From assembly GCA_964188305.1 (NCBI GenBank), contig OZ076887.1: 64,000 bases of DNA; one strand, 5' to 3'. The position numbers were made by a program, and so were the translations under genes. This DNA comes from Podarcis bocagei (lineage: Eukaryota). The notes beneath the pieces are model-generated. The model was given only the letters and a program-made list of their open reading frames with translations, was not told the origin of the DNA and ran no database searches. Below are positions 39,701 through 50,241 of this stretch, in pieces (position 1 is the stretch's first letter; the number at the start of each line of letters is the position of its first letter).

Positions 39701-40326
39701 CATATTATGTACAGTGGCATGGCCCAGAGACACCCCTGCCCCCAAGTAACTCCATTAAGATCAGGAGGCACTCTGAACGGCAGCCTTTGAGGTTCAAAGT
39801 GCTCTGTCAATGGAATAAAATATAGAAGCTCTCCCTCAAAGAAATGTGCAGCTAGCTACTCTTTCTGTTTATATGATGGGAGCTGGAGGGGGCTGGGGAG
39901 AGTCAGGGTAAAGAATCAGAGCAACTAATTCCCTTGGTTTCTCTTGTTTATAGGCATTTCTTTCTTGACATTTCATCTGCTACAAGCATTAAGTCCTGTA
40001 CATCCTCTGTACAACTACTCCACACTCAACAGTAGCCTACAAGCTTCAGTAGCCAAAGCAAAAAATGTCTTCTAAAATCAGTTGAATCTTCTCAAAACAG
40101 CACTTAAGCTATTATGTGATTCTTAGCATGCATTTCAAATTTCTGCTGATAATAAAGTCTGTCTTTCAAATGTTTTAAAAAAACTAAACCACGGAGAAAG
40201 TTGATAAATGGAAGAAATGTACCTGTATCTCTTTTTTCTAGAGTGTGATCTGGATCTTGACCTTGAACTTGACTGTGATCTGGATTTTGATCTTGAAGAA
40301 TGTGATCTAGTGTTAGAGCGACCCAT
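21728..40326 (-). CDS. BCLAF1: Bcl-2-associated transcription factor 1, whole spliced CDS, about 918 aa
   Basis: Eleven phase-consistent exons: 40223-40326, 38735-39640, 36830-37498, 36567-36736, 31724-31829, 29160-29244, 28164-28339, 26918-27098, 24096-24242, 21851-22057, 21728-21733 (2757 nt). RS-rich N-terminus [17 protein letters not shown]; THRAP3/BCLAF1 motifs [65 protein letters not shown]. Confidence 0.97.
21851..22057 (-). CDS. BCLAF1: BCLAF1 exon ([19 protein letters not shown]...[11 protein letters not shown]...EEK)
   Basis: Manual translation; donor GTAAGT. Confidence 0.93.
23700..23835. mobile_element. Palindromic hAT-like MITE
   Basis: CAGGCACCCCCAAACT ... AGTTTGGGGACGCCT with inner inverted ACTACAACTCCCATCAT/ATGATGGGAATTGTAGT; degenerate ..GTAAGT TSD. 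Confidence 0.7.
24096..24242 (-). CDS. BCLAF1: BCLAF1 147-nt exon ([11 protein letters not shown]...[14 protein letters not shown])
   Basis: Within ORF 24045..24332; symmetric phase 0/0. Confidence 0.93.
26918..27098 (-). CDS. BCLAF1: BCLAF1 exon ([13 protein letters not shown]...GRPRGTF)
   Basis: Manual translation; donor GTGAGT. Confidence 0.92.
27801..28074. other. Assembly gap (274 N) in a BCLAF1 intron
   Basis: Run of N. The flanking exons join in frame, so no coding exon is needed in the gap. Confidence 0.99.
28164..28339 (-). CDS. BCLAF1: BCLAF1 exon ([22 protein letters not shown]...)
   Basis: Manual translation. Confidence 0.93.
29160..29244 (-). CDS. BCLAF1: BCLAF1 exon ([28 protein letters not shown])
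   Basis: Manual translation. Confidence 0.93.
31724..31829 (-). CDS. BCLAF1: BCLAF1 exon ([19 protein letters not shown]...SPEIHR)
   Basis: Manual translation; splice sites and phase fit. Confidence 0.93.
33233..33276. repeat. Perfect 22-bp tandem duplication
   Basis: TCTCAAATTGGCATGAATAAAA x2. Confidence 0.9.
36567..36736 (-). CDS. BCLAF1: BCLAF1 exon ([31 protein letters not shown]...HHVK)
   Basis: Within ORF 36556..36783. Confidence 0.95.
36830..37498 (-). CDS. BCLAF1: BCLAF1 exon 5 (includes exon-5a segment)
   Basis: Within ORF 36826..37533; 669 nt. Confidence 0.96.
38735..39640 (-). CDS. BCLAF1: BCLAF1 large RS-domain exon
   Basis: Within ORF 38731..39669; 906 nt. Confidence 0.97.
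40223..40326 (-). CDS. BCLAF1: BCLAF1 first coding exon
   Basis: [34 protein letters not shown]; donor GTACAT. Confidence 0.95.
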
Positions 40327-41784
40327 TTTCCCCCCAGTAGCTTACACCTACCAAATAGAAAATAGTAAATTGAAACACATTACCTTCGTTTCAGGATAAT
40401 TAATTCATATATGGATAGCGGTAAATTATGTTTTTAAAAAAAAAAAATTCAAGAAGAAGCCATCCCACTCTTCCAAAAAAACTTTTCAAATTATCACTAA
40501 TCTCCTCAAACATTCTGTTCCACATCATGGCAAAGATCAGTGGAAAGCACTAAAGGTAACAGGGAACAAAAATGTCAACTATTCTTTCAATATTCACACT
40601 CAATACATTTAATGCTTATGCATTTTTGTGTGTGTGCTGTTCCTTTCTTGATTAAAAAAACATTTCATTTATCCTTGTCTATATTGAACTAAAAATAGTC
40701 ACTAACTACTCTACTGTTCTTTACCCCAAAGATCTACCTTTGATCCATAACTCAGAAAGTCACTCAAAACACCAATTCTTTTTGTACTAACATAGCTAGA
40801 TCAAAACAGACTAGTAACATAGACTTCAATGAACAAAGTCATCACTGGTGTATTCCCCATCACTGAAGTACTGCAATACAGTATAAATATGACAGCCAAG
40901 GCAAGAGCTATCTCATTAATATATTTTAGTAGCTCATATTCAATGAAAAGCAAAAACAAAACAAAAAACCAAAAGACAAAATAGCTAACTCAGAACAGAC
41001 AGAAAAATATTATTTTCCTTTCTTTCCTAGCTTTCCTCCATACTTGAAAATTTGGCTGTTTTCATGTAACCTGCCTAATGCATTCAGTAATTCAACCAAG
41101 TCATTTTACTTTCCTTTTAAACAAAGGCAACACTTTAAGTCATTATTTGACAATAAAAGTCAAAACAGCCATCTTCATTCCAATTTACCAATCTATGCCG
41201 AGTTTGGGTTGAAGAAATGATAACTGAGATCTAATCTGAAATTGTTGAAATTTGGAATTTTAGAGATCTGAATATATTGGATTTTAAAAGTTATAAACTT
41301 CGAGAAATAAGGACCAAAAGGAACAAGTTTACAGCCACTTTAATAAATTAGTACCATTATTTAAAACATTATTATTACTTATTATGAAAAACACACTGGA
41401 TCACAGTAACACTGGACATATTGCTTCTTCACACAAGGGTTAGGCATCCACCAATAGTTTAATCCTTATGTTTAATTCACATGCAGGGGAACTCCCTAAC
41501 TCACTGAGGGTTTGAGACCCATCGGCTACCTTCACCTGGTTTACCCAGGTAGTTGAAGCCATTTCCAGGGTGTCTCATGCAGATAAATTTTAGGAGTCAC
41601 AGGTGAGAACTGAGTTCAGGGTGGGGACCAAAGGTGGAGAAACTACCCCAGAAGGAGCATGATGTGCCCCCCACCAGAGGTACTACCAGAGCTAAGGACT
41701 AAACCCTACACAAATATGAAGTGGAGTCCCTAAGGCAATTGGATGGCATCTTGCATGCCTCGTTCTGGCACCTCTAGCAACCAA

Positions 41785-42144
41785 AGGTAAAGGTACCCCT
41801 GCCCGTACGGGCCAGTCGTGACCGACTCTGGGGTTGCGTGCTCATCTCGCTTAAGAGGCCGGGAGCCAGTGCTGTCCGAAGACACTTCCGGGTCACGTGG
41901 CCAGCGTGACGAAGCTGCTCTGGCGAGCCAGCACCAGCGCAGCGCACGGAACGCTGTTTACCTTCCCGCTATAAAGCAGTACCTATTTATCTACTTGCAC
42001 TTAAGGGTGCTTTCGAACTGCTAGGTGGGTAGGAGCTGGGACCGAACGACGGGAGCTCACCCCGCCGCAGGGATTCGAACCGCCGACCATACGATCGGCA
42101 AGTCCTAGGCACTGAGGTTTTACCCACAGCGCCACCCACGTCCC
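41785..42144 (-). mobile_element. Sauria SINE, full length
   Basis: Minus strand begins GGGACGTGGGTGGCGCTGTGGG, has B-box GGTTCGAATCC and ends in an (ACCTTT)n tail; AGCAACCAA duplicated at 41776-41784 and 42147-42155. Confidence 0.92.
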
Positions 42145-42571
42145 ACAGCAACCAAGCTGGTGCCAAATGTATTGCTCTGCTTTCCTTTGGATCACATTAG
42201 TGTGACTGAAGGGGGGGGGGTCTTGTCGTCTAGGCAGTTCAGGATCTCCACACACACTGTCCAGGTTTGCACCACCAGAGAGTTCACTTTGGTGCTCCTA
42301 ACGCAGCAAAAACAATGTAGGTGGGAGAAGTTACAAAGTACCAATCTCTGTAGCCACAGCAGGTGCTGTGATTCTCCAGAGGTTTGAATTCACCCCTGGA
42401 GATGCACTCCATTGTCTCTTGAGACAGATGAATTCCAGCAAGCTGTCTCCATCCCCCCAAATGAAACTATAAATGATATGGTTTAATAAAATAACAACAA
42501 CAAAAAATTATTTATACCCTGCACATCTGGCTGGGTTTCCTCAGCCACTGTGGGCGGCTTCCAACAAAATA

Positions 42572-42835
42572 CAGTGGTGCCCCGCAAGACGAATGCCTCG
42601 CAAGACGAAAAACTCGCTAAACGAAAGGGTTTTGCGTTTTTTGAGCTGCTTCGCAAGACGAATTTCCCTATGGGCTTGCTTCGCAAGACAAAAACGTCTT
42701 GCGAGTTTGTTCGCTTTTTTCTCAAAGCCGCTTGAAGAGGCGCAGTTGCGACGGACCGTGCTTCGCAAGACGAAAAACATCGCAAGACGAAAAGACTCGC
42801 GGAACGAATTAATTTCGTCTTGCGAGGCACCACTG
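42572..42835. mobile_element. Tc1/mariner (Tigger-like) MITE, CpG-rich
   Basis: TA TSD; TIRs CAGTGGTGCCCCGCAAGACGAA / TTCGTCTTGCGAGGCACCACTG; internal CGCAAGACG repeats. Confidence 0.88.
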
Positions 42836-42901
42836 TATTAAAAATATTTTTGAATGTTAATGGTCTTAAAAATATTTAAAATAGCTAAGTATTTAGCTTA
42901 C

Positions 42902-42965
42902 CTTGCAATCCTGCTAGACAAGAAATGGATTTAAAATTATTGGTATGCACGCAAATGTTTAATTC
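42902..42965 (-). other. BCLAF1: BCLAF1 non-coding 5' UTR exon 2
   Basis: ttttaaaaacag|GAATTAAACATTTG...GCAAG|gtaagc; resembles the mammalian BCLAF1 UTR exon as I recall it. Confidence 0.7.
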
Positions 42966-45449
42966 CTGTTTTTAAAAAACAAAACAAAAGCAAATGTTAT
43001 TTGACTGCATAGTTAATACAGGTTTTAAAAAATGCTTGAAGTATTTAAACAGAGAAGATCTGAAGCACAGTCTGATGTGGTGGGTTATGTTGTTTCAAAC
43101 TCAAAGCAACATTTACTCAGTGCAACACTGTCTCACAGCCTGCTGAGTTTAAGTTGATTGTTCAGAAATACAGTACATGTTCACATTGACTTAATTTATT
43201 GGCCTTTCCAAAAATTGCTCAGTAAGAATATATAAGCATTGTCTCACAACGTTCTTGTATCTTACAGTAACCTATCCTAGTGCCACCACCTATTGTGGTG
43301 CCACAAATTAATAAAGATGTTTGGGTTTGGGGCATAAAAGCCAGAGCTTAGTCAGAGCCCCTTACCTGCTTGGGAGCAACAGGAAACCTAAATCTAAGGC
43401 CCTATCCTGATGTGAAGGTGCCAATGCTCTTTGCCTCTGAATGCAGTGCCCAATCCACCTCAAGTGCTGAACAATGGTATAAGGGACACACACAGAAAAC
43501 ATTTTCTGCATGTAAGAGCTCTCAATGAATCACAAAAAATATATGCTCAACATATATGGTTGCTTATACCTCAATACCTGCCTCTTTTCTGAATATGAAT
43601 GCAATTTTCAGTATTCCAGAATAGTTAAAGAATTTATTTTATTTAGTGCATTTATATCCTGTCTTTCTTTCATCATAGAGCTCAAAGTGGCATATATGGG
43701 ATTATCAGGTCGTCTCCCATCCAGGTGCTAACTAGTTACCAGACCTGTTTAACTTAAGCTTCAATGTGTGTTCTCAGACCAAGCAATGTAAACCTACACA
43801 TTTAGCAAGATAAAAATGAACTTTTTTATTTAAAAAAGCCAGATTAAAATTAATCACACATTTTTAATGTTATCTGGTAACAACCAACCCAAATGAACAC
43901 ATCTCACAATGCTTCCAGAACTGCAAGTCTATGACAAATCCATAATGGGAGAAAAATACTGCACATACTAATCTGCACCACTTACTAGCCACTTTTAAAG
44001 TGATTTATACTTCTAACATGGGAAAGTACAACGGACTCTCTTCAAAAAATGTTCTGACTAGTAAGTAACAGTGCTGTTACTTATTAACCCTACAGCAATA
44101 ACTCCAAGATGTCATTTATATACCACCCTTCTGCTGGCCTAAGCGTTCTGTAGAACTGTGATGGTTCTGTCAGGAGCTGATGAAATCTGCTCCCTGGTCT
44201 AAACTTCTTCCTTCTGTCTTCCCTCAAGATATAGTTCTTAAGAAGGTACTCAATAATTTTTCAGCTTGATTTTTTTTTATTGTCTATGCAAATCTCATTA
44301 AAGAAAACATTAAAAAAGAAAAGCTATGAGCCACCCTCCAGCACACACTCCCAAGATACATAAATGAGAGCTAGTTTGGTACAGCAGTTAGAGTGCTTAA
44401 AATAATAATAAGCATGACACACCCATTCATTAAGGAGCGTTCCTGCTGCATTTTGCATGATTTACTGATCCAGCTTGTTTTTTCTGATAAGCCTCTGCTG
44501 ATGTTGGAATATTCTACCACCACTATCAAGTGTGACTTGACCATTCAATTACTTCTGATGCAGACAGAGTAGACTGCCTGTTCCATCTCAGTGTGAGTCA
44601 CTGAGCTAGGCTTACCAGCTTTCAGAACAGGAGAGCAAGTAATCCTGACATTTACACTCTGAAAGTAAAACCTTCTCAGGTATAAGTGACCTGTTCCTTG
44701 CCATCATAATTTGGAAAATGTTGCAGCCTAACAGTGAAGTCTTTTCTTTCCTGAGTGAAAGTACAGGTACAAGCCCTAATACAATTTGCCAATACAATCT
44801 CCCTTAATGCTATTTGAAGATCTTAATACTTAGAGAAGGAAGTATACCATATCAAGAACCATAGCTCAATGGTAGAGCAACTGCTGATTGACATGCCCCG
44901 GATACAGCAAGGAAAAGACTGAAACCACAGAATGCAGCTGCCTGTCAGTGAAGACACTACTTAGCTAGATAGACTAATGAGCTGACTTGGTGTAAGGCAG
45001 CTTCCCAAGTGCCAAATAATAATTATACCAAGTTCACTGTGGAGAATGAGGCAAAGAGTCATAATTAACAACTCTTTTCTTGCTTTGACTTGGGTAAGCT
45101 CAATCACATGAAATGAATTGAAAGGGCTTGGATCACACTGTAAATTTTACCTCCAGGTGCTGCTCTCAGAGGACACATTTGCATGAGCCTGGGGCAATAT
45201 CCACACACTGCTGTAGTTGAAAGATACTGCAAATTACTGCGATAAGTCATTTTTTGTATCTGTTGGTAATGAAATTCTTAAGGATACACCCCCTTTCTCC
45301 AATATAAGGCCTCCCGTGAAACACTCTTGAGCATCATTTGGGAGCAAATTTAATCGTGCGGACTTGCCCAGAGTCCTGGCACTGTGTGAAGAAGGCACGA
45401 TCCACTGACTACTCTGCAAACCGTTTCGCCTTTCTCAACAAAAGGTCTG

Positions 45450-46700
45450 GTGCTCAACTGGGAGCCGCAGCCAGTTACGGGCAGCTGCCTGGCAGGGCAC
45501 ATGCATGGCGACATGCGTGTTCGAGGCATCCATTTAGGGCCTTCGGTGCGGCGAGTGTGCCGGGAGGCTGCCAAGGTCTCTCTCCTTCCCCCTAGCTACA
45601 CCTCGTCGCCCTTCAACTGATTGGTCAGGGTGGCGAAAGATGGAGGCAAGTCAAAACGTTATCAGGCGCCGCTCGTCGCGCGGAAAAGACTAATCAGAAA
45701 GCGACGGCCCCCCCCGGCTCTCGAGGGGCGAGGCGGGCCGCTCTCCTTGGGCCCGCCCAGCCGGCCTCGTTCCGGCCTACCTGTTTCCTCCCCCCGCCCC
45801 ATGGGGGAAAGAGGCGGGAGGGAACGGGGAGAGATGACGGGCCCTGGTCCAAACAAGGGAGGCTGCGCGCAGTGTGTGTGTGTGAGGGAGATGGGAGCCG
45901 CCTCTAGTCCCCCTCCCCTCAGTTCCTCCCGCCCTTGTGAGGCAGACCAAGCCCCTCCCCCGCCTTCAGTTAGAAAAAGGGAGGGGGGTTGCGAAGGGAA
46001 GAACTCGAGGGAATTTTTCAAAAAATAACGGCGTCTGGAAGCGGGGGGCGGGGGAGGGTTGCCGAGCGCGCTAACGAGGCTTCTCGCGCCGGAGCTCCGA
46101 AAGCTGGCGGTGGGGGGGGGGGCGTTTGGAGGGAGCGGCACCCATGGCGTCCGAGGAAAAACCCGAGCAGGCAAAAGACCTCTCTGGCTCCAGCCCTCCT
46201 CGGGCCGTTCGAAGTCCTGCGTTGGCTATGGCTCACCCTTCTCTGAGCGACAGCTCCCGTTCAGCTCTCTACCGCTCGGCGGCCATTTCCAGTCTCGGCG
46301 AAGGAAAGAAATGGGGGGTGGCGGGGGAGAGAGACAGAGAGGAAGGAACAACCATAGAGAGAGAAAACCACTTTCTGCGACGTTAGAATAGCACGATGGC
46401 ATCACTTCCGCTCGGAGAGAGGGCGGAGAGGAAATATGACCTCTTTACCTTGGCGTCTCCGGCTACCCGTATGAAAGATGGCGGTTAGAAGCGGCCGAAG
46501 CGGTGTGAGTGACGCTAGCTGCCATGGCAGGAAGTCTTCGGGATCACGTGATCTTTTCTTGTGTTGGAAGGACACGGAGGAAAAAGCCTATGCTGCTGAG
46601 GCGCATGCGCCCTGTGGCGCTTTTTTTTTCTTGTTAGGTATCGTCTGCGCAACAAATCACGGGTAATAAATAGGGTTGATTGCTCGAGTCTTCAGAGTTT
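45450..46700. promoter_or_regulatory. CpG island; BCLAF1 promoter, probably bidirectional
   Basis: CpG-dense. ETS CACTTCCG 46403-46410; YY1 sites in opposite orientations (46279-46288 minus, 46475-46484 plus); palindrome CTGCCATGGCAG 46519-46530; E-box GATCACGTGATC 46542-46553; NRF1 GCGCATGCGC 46601-46610. Confidence 0.85.
46237..46390 (-). other. BCLAF1: BCLAF1 non-coding exon 1
   Basis: Pyrimidine-rich leader with YY1-like AAATGGCCGC; donor GTGAGC at 46231-46236. TSS position is approximate. Confidence 0.7.
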
Positions 46701-48220
46701 TGCTATAGCTGCGGGATTACGCCATAGTTTTGGGGAAAACATAAGGGCAGATAATTTAGGGTTCTCATTATTTTGCTCATTTAGGAAAAGGTTCGCGCAT
46801 AGGGTTAGCAGGGAAATTGTGTAACTGCTTTAAAGCCAGCCATTGAGCTGCGTTCCTTGGTTCAAATCCAGGATACTGTACAGTCTCCTACTTTGCACTT
46901 CTCTTTTTAGTTTATTGTGCCCTTTCTTGGGAAAAGTATAGAATGGCATTTTTCAGTCTTTTGAGTCCGTTGCTGCAAAAAGAATGAATAGTTCTGTGGC
47001 ATCTTAAAACAAATTCATGCCACAATTAATTTGTTACCCTGTAAGGTGCCACAAAACTCTTCTTGTTGTTTTAGAACAGCGTTGTAGCATCACAACATCC
47101 ATTTAATGTAGGTTGGACTGAGAGACAGCAACTTGTTTCTTGCCATCCAGTCAGCTTCTGTACCTTTGGCGCTAACGCTGAGCTCATTTCCCAGCCATCA
47201 TCAGTTCCATCCCCATCAATCCCAACCATCATTACTTAGCATTTCAATTTCATAGAACCCATGTTTTAAAACTGGCTAACTGACCCTATCCGTTTTCACA
47301 TGGAGTGTCCTGGGGAAATGATCCACTGTTACTGAAACCTAGACCTGTCCATCCATCAAAATGAAATATGCTCCCAACCTCTCAATTCCTTCCCCACTCA
47401 AGGTTATGGTGTTTGCCTAGCTAGCATGGTTTTGCCATATATGAGCACTTAAGTCCACAAAGTGACTTGGGACTTTAGAGTATCCCTGATTCAACATGAG
47501 ACACCTTATTAACAGCACAATCTGACCTGGGCATGTACAAACTGTCCAAATCCCTCATTTCACATTGTCATTTAGGCTTCACAGAGAGCCAAAGCACACC
47601 TCTTGTAAATACCTTATAAGCAACAATTTACGAAAGAAATAAAGCAGCTTCTGTCATCTATCGCTTGTACATTGTGGGTCTTTACAAAATTGAATAGGTA
47701 GGGAAAGAAGCCGTATTGTATACTTTATGACTCTAAGGACAGAACATATCAATAGGTGGCACTCTTCACTCATGCTGCTATCGTTATATATCACTTAGTA
47801 CTGTATAACTTTAAGCAATTTAGGTATAGTATAGTATAGTATAGTATGTGTTTTTTTCTGGGGGGACGCAGGGGTCCCCTAAACATTTTTTGAACCTCTG
47901 TACTTTTGTCCATTTACTGTATTTATTTTTCCCATTTTGAACTATAAAATGGTGATTTTCTTGAGTCAAACCCCAAATTTTCGATCAAGCACATCCCTGC
48001 TTGCTGTGCTGCTGAAAATGTTGCCCATATGCGAAGCAGGACCTTCTCTGTGACAGCACCACAATTGTGGAACTACCTCCCATTGTTGAAATGACTGCCC
48101 CCCTCAGTATTGTCAATTTGTTGCCACTTGAAGGGCATTTATGCATTCAGGCCTTTGGAATAAATTGAATATTTGCACCATGTGGTATTTATATTTATTT
48201 TATGTAGGATTTTATGTACT

Positions 48221-48375
48221 GATTGTGATAGCTCAGTCGGTAGAGCTATGAGACTCTTAATCTCAGGGCTGTGAGTTCGAGTCCAATGTTGGGCAAAAGG
48301 TTCCTGCATTGCAGGGGGTTGGGCTAGATGACTCTTGTAGTTCCTTCCAACTCTACAATTCTAATATTCTATGAT
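48221..48375 (+). mobile_element. tRNA-Lys(CTT)-derived SINE with CR1 tail
   Basis: A-box TAGCTCAGTCGG, anticodon loop CTCTTAA, B-box GTTCGAGTCC, then CR1-like tail ttccaactctacaattct..attctatgatt. Confidence 0.8.
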
Positions 48376-48459
48376 TGGAGGCAGTGGCCAGGAAGCAAGG
48401 GTGGAATTTGTCTTAATAGAAGTCAGGACAGACTAAGATAAGAAAAGAAACAGCTAGGC

Positions 48460-48938
48460 CAGTGTTTCCCAACCACTGTTCCGCGGCACACTAGTGTGCC
48501 GCGAGATGTTGCCTGGTGTGCCGCGAGATGTTGCCTGGAGGGAGGCGGGCGAGTCGGGCGACAAGAGGCGGGGCGGCGGCGGCAAGGAGAGGCCGCCCAG
48601 CGCGGGGCTCTCGCCGTCTGCCTGCCTGGCTGCCTGCGAGCTCGGCGGGCAGCGCCTCCGTCCGCAGCGCCCGCCTCGCGGCTCTCATTCCCTGCCAAAG
48701 CTCACCCAGCCAAGCCGCGCTCTCCTTCCTGCCTCGCTTTGCTGCCTCCTCCCCCTCCACCCCCAAAGCTTGGAGGTTCCCCAGCAAGGGGGAGGGGAAA
48801 AAATTGAAACTTACACTTTCGTGCGTCCCTCCCGGCGTGACGCTGCACGCTGACATCACGGGGCTGTAATGGTGGTGTGCCTCGAGATTTTTTTCATCAA
48901 ACAAGTGTGCCTTTGCCCAAAAAGGTTGGGAAACACTG
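48460..48938. mobile_element. Non-autonomous hAT transposon (MITE), young
   Basis: Perfect 15-bp TIRs CAGTGTTTCCCAACC / GGTTGGGAAACACTG; perfect 8-bp TSD AGCTAGGC; GC/CpG-rich interior. Confidence 0.92.
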
Positions 48939-49276
48939 AGCTAGGCTACTTTAAATGAATTCAGATCTCCAGGGCCTAGTGAGCTGCATTCAAGGCTACT
49001 AAAGGAGCTTGTGGGTGTAATCTCAAAGCCTCTGTCTATAATCTTTGAGCATTCTTGGAGAACAGGTTAGGTTTAGGTCCCTGCAGACTGGAGGTGGGCA
49101 AATGTCCCCGTCCCCCCAGGTAACTACAAACTGGTCAACTTGATGTAGGTAGTAGGAAAAGGATGCTGTGATTACTAAGACCCATTATGTTTCCCCATCA
49201 TCCTGGGGGAAAGTGGCAAGTGTCGTGCTGCAGGGTTCTGCCCCTAGGAGTTGGCTCCTGTGGTGTCCTTATAAGC

Positions 49277-49348
49277 AACTTGGGTGAAGGAATTGAGGGG
49301 GTGCTCATCAAATTTGCAGATGACATCAAAGTGGGAGGGATAGCAAAC
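49277..49348 (+). mobile_element. CR1 reverse transcriptase remnant
   Basis: Translates as ..EGIEGVLIKFADDIKVGG.. (FADD motif). Confidence 0.65.
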
Positions 49349-50015
49349 TAAATGTTAATGATTGTGGTTGCATTTGTGTATTCTTCTGCGTTTGCCTACG
49401 TGAAGTATTCAAAGCCATTATGGCCGGCTGGCCAACCAGACAGTACTATTGTTTCTGTCTGGTAGAAACTGGAATTTCTTGTTAGTTTATTATTATTTTT
49501 TGTCTTTTCTGATTGGCAGCTCAGTTGTAGAGGTGGAGCCCAGCAGGTGTGCTGCCCTCACCCATGATGTCACTCCACAATATGCAAGCATTCTTTTGTT
49601 TGTTATCCCAGAGGCTGTTGCTGCTAGCCTTCCAAAACAGTTGACCTTATTCTTGGCATACAAAACATGATTTCTCTGCTACAGAACAGAGGTGGATTCT
49701 GAATGTACTGTTTTTGTTTGACCGCCTAATTTTTCTCCTTCCTAAGATAGAGGAAAGGTGATCACCCCTGGCTGCACCCTAAAGTTTTAAAAGTATTTCT
49801 TATGCTTCGCAAGAGAGAACAGCGGTTAGATTTTGCTCAGCCATGCTGCTTGGACACAGAAAGCAGCAGTAGCTTTTCCTCCCAACTTGTCTAGATAATT
49901 ATTTTTTGAGATATCTAGATCACAATCTGCCAGTACAAGGGAACACAGGAGCAACAGTGGGAGTACAAACTCTCAGTCTGCATTTCTGATTTTCTGTTGG
50001 ATCCGAAAGTTAATC

Positions 50016-50241
50016 ATGGGTCAGCTGTGTACAAAGTGTGTCCAGTTGCTTTGTGACTTGGCTCTCTCAGTAAAAACACTGTCTTTGGGTCTGGTGCAGG
50101 ATATTCAGGAGTGCTTGGGTCAGATCCATGAGTGCCCCTGTCTGAAGCGGAAAAACTTTAAAACAAAGCAGCTATACAAGCCTGCCCTTCAGACCCAGGA
50201 AGAGGAGATTGCTCAGGAGTTTCTGCAGCAGATTGAAAGAG
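50016..50241 (+). CDS. Vac8-like exon 1 (MGQLCTKC...QEFLQQIER)
   Basis: ORF 50016..50318; donor GTGAGA. Confidence 0.85.

Noticed and set aside
42473-42841. ORFs on both strands and CGCAAGACG repeats resembling an array
   Set aside because: Internal repeats of a mariner MITE; not coding and not CRISPR.
45338-46666. Many overlapping ORFs of 60-170 aa
   Set aside because: Stop-poor CpG island sequence with low-complexity translations.
48221-48295. tRNA-Lys gene
   Set aside because: The acceptor stem is degenerate and the sequence runs straight into a CR1 tail, so it is a SINE head.
48423-48904. Six overlapping GC-rich ORFs
   Set aside because: They lie in or across the non-autonomous hAT MITE and show no transposase motifs.
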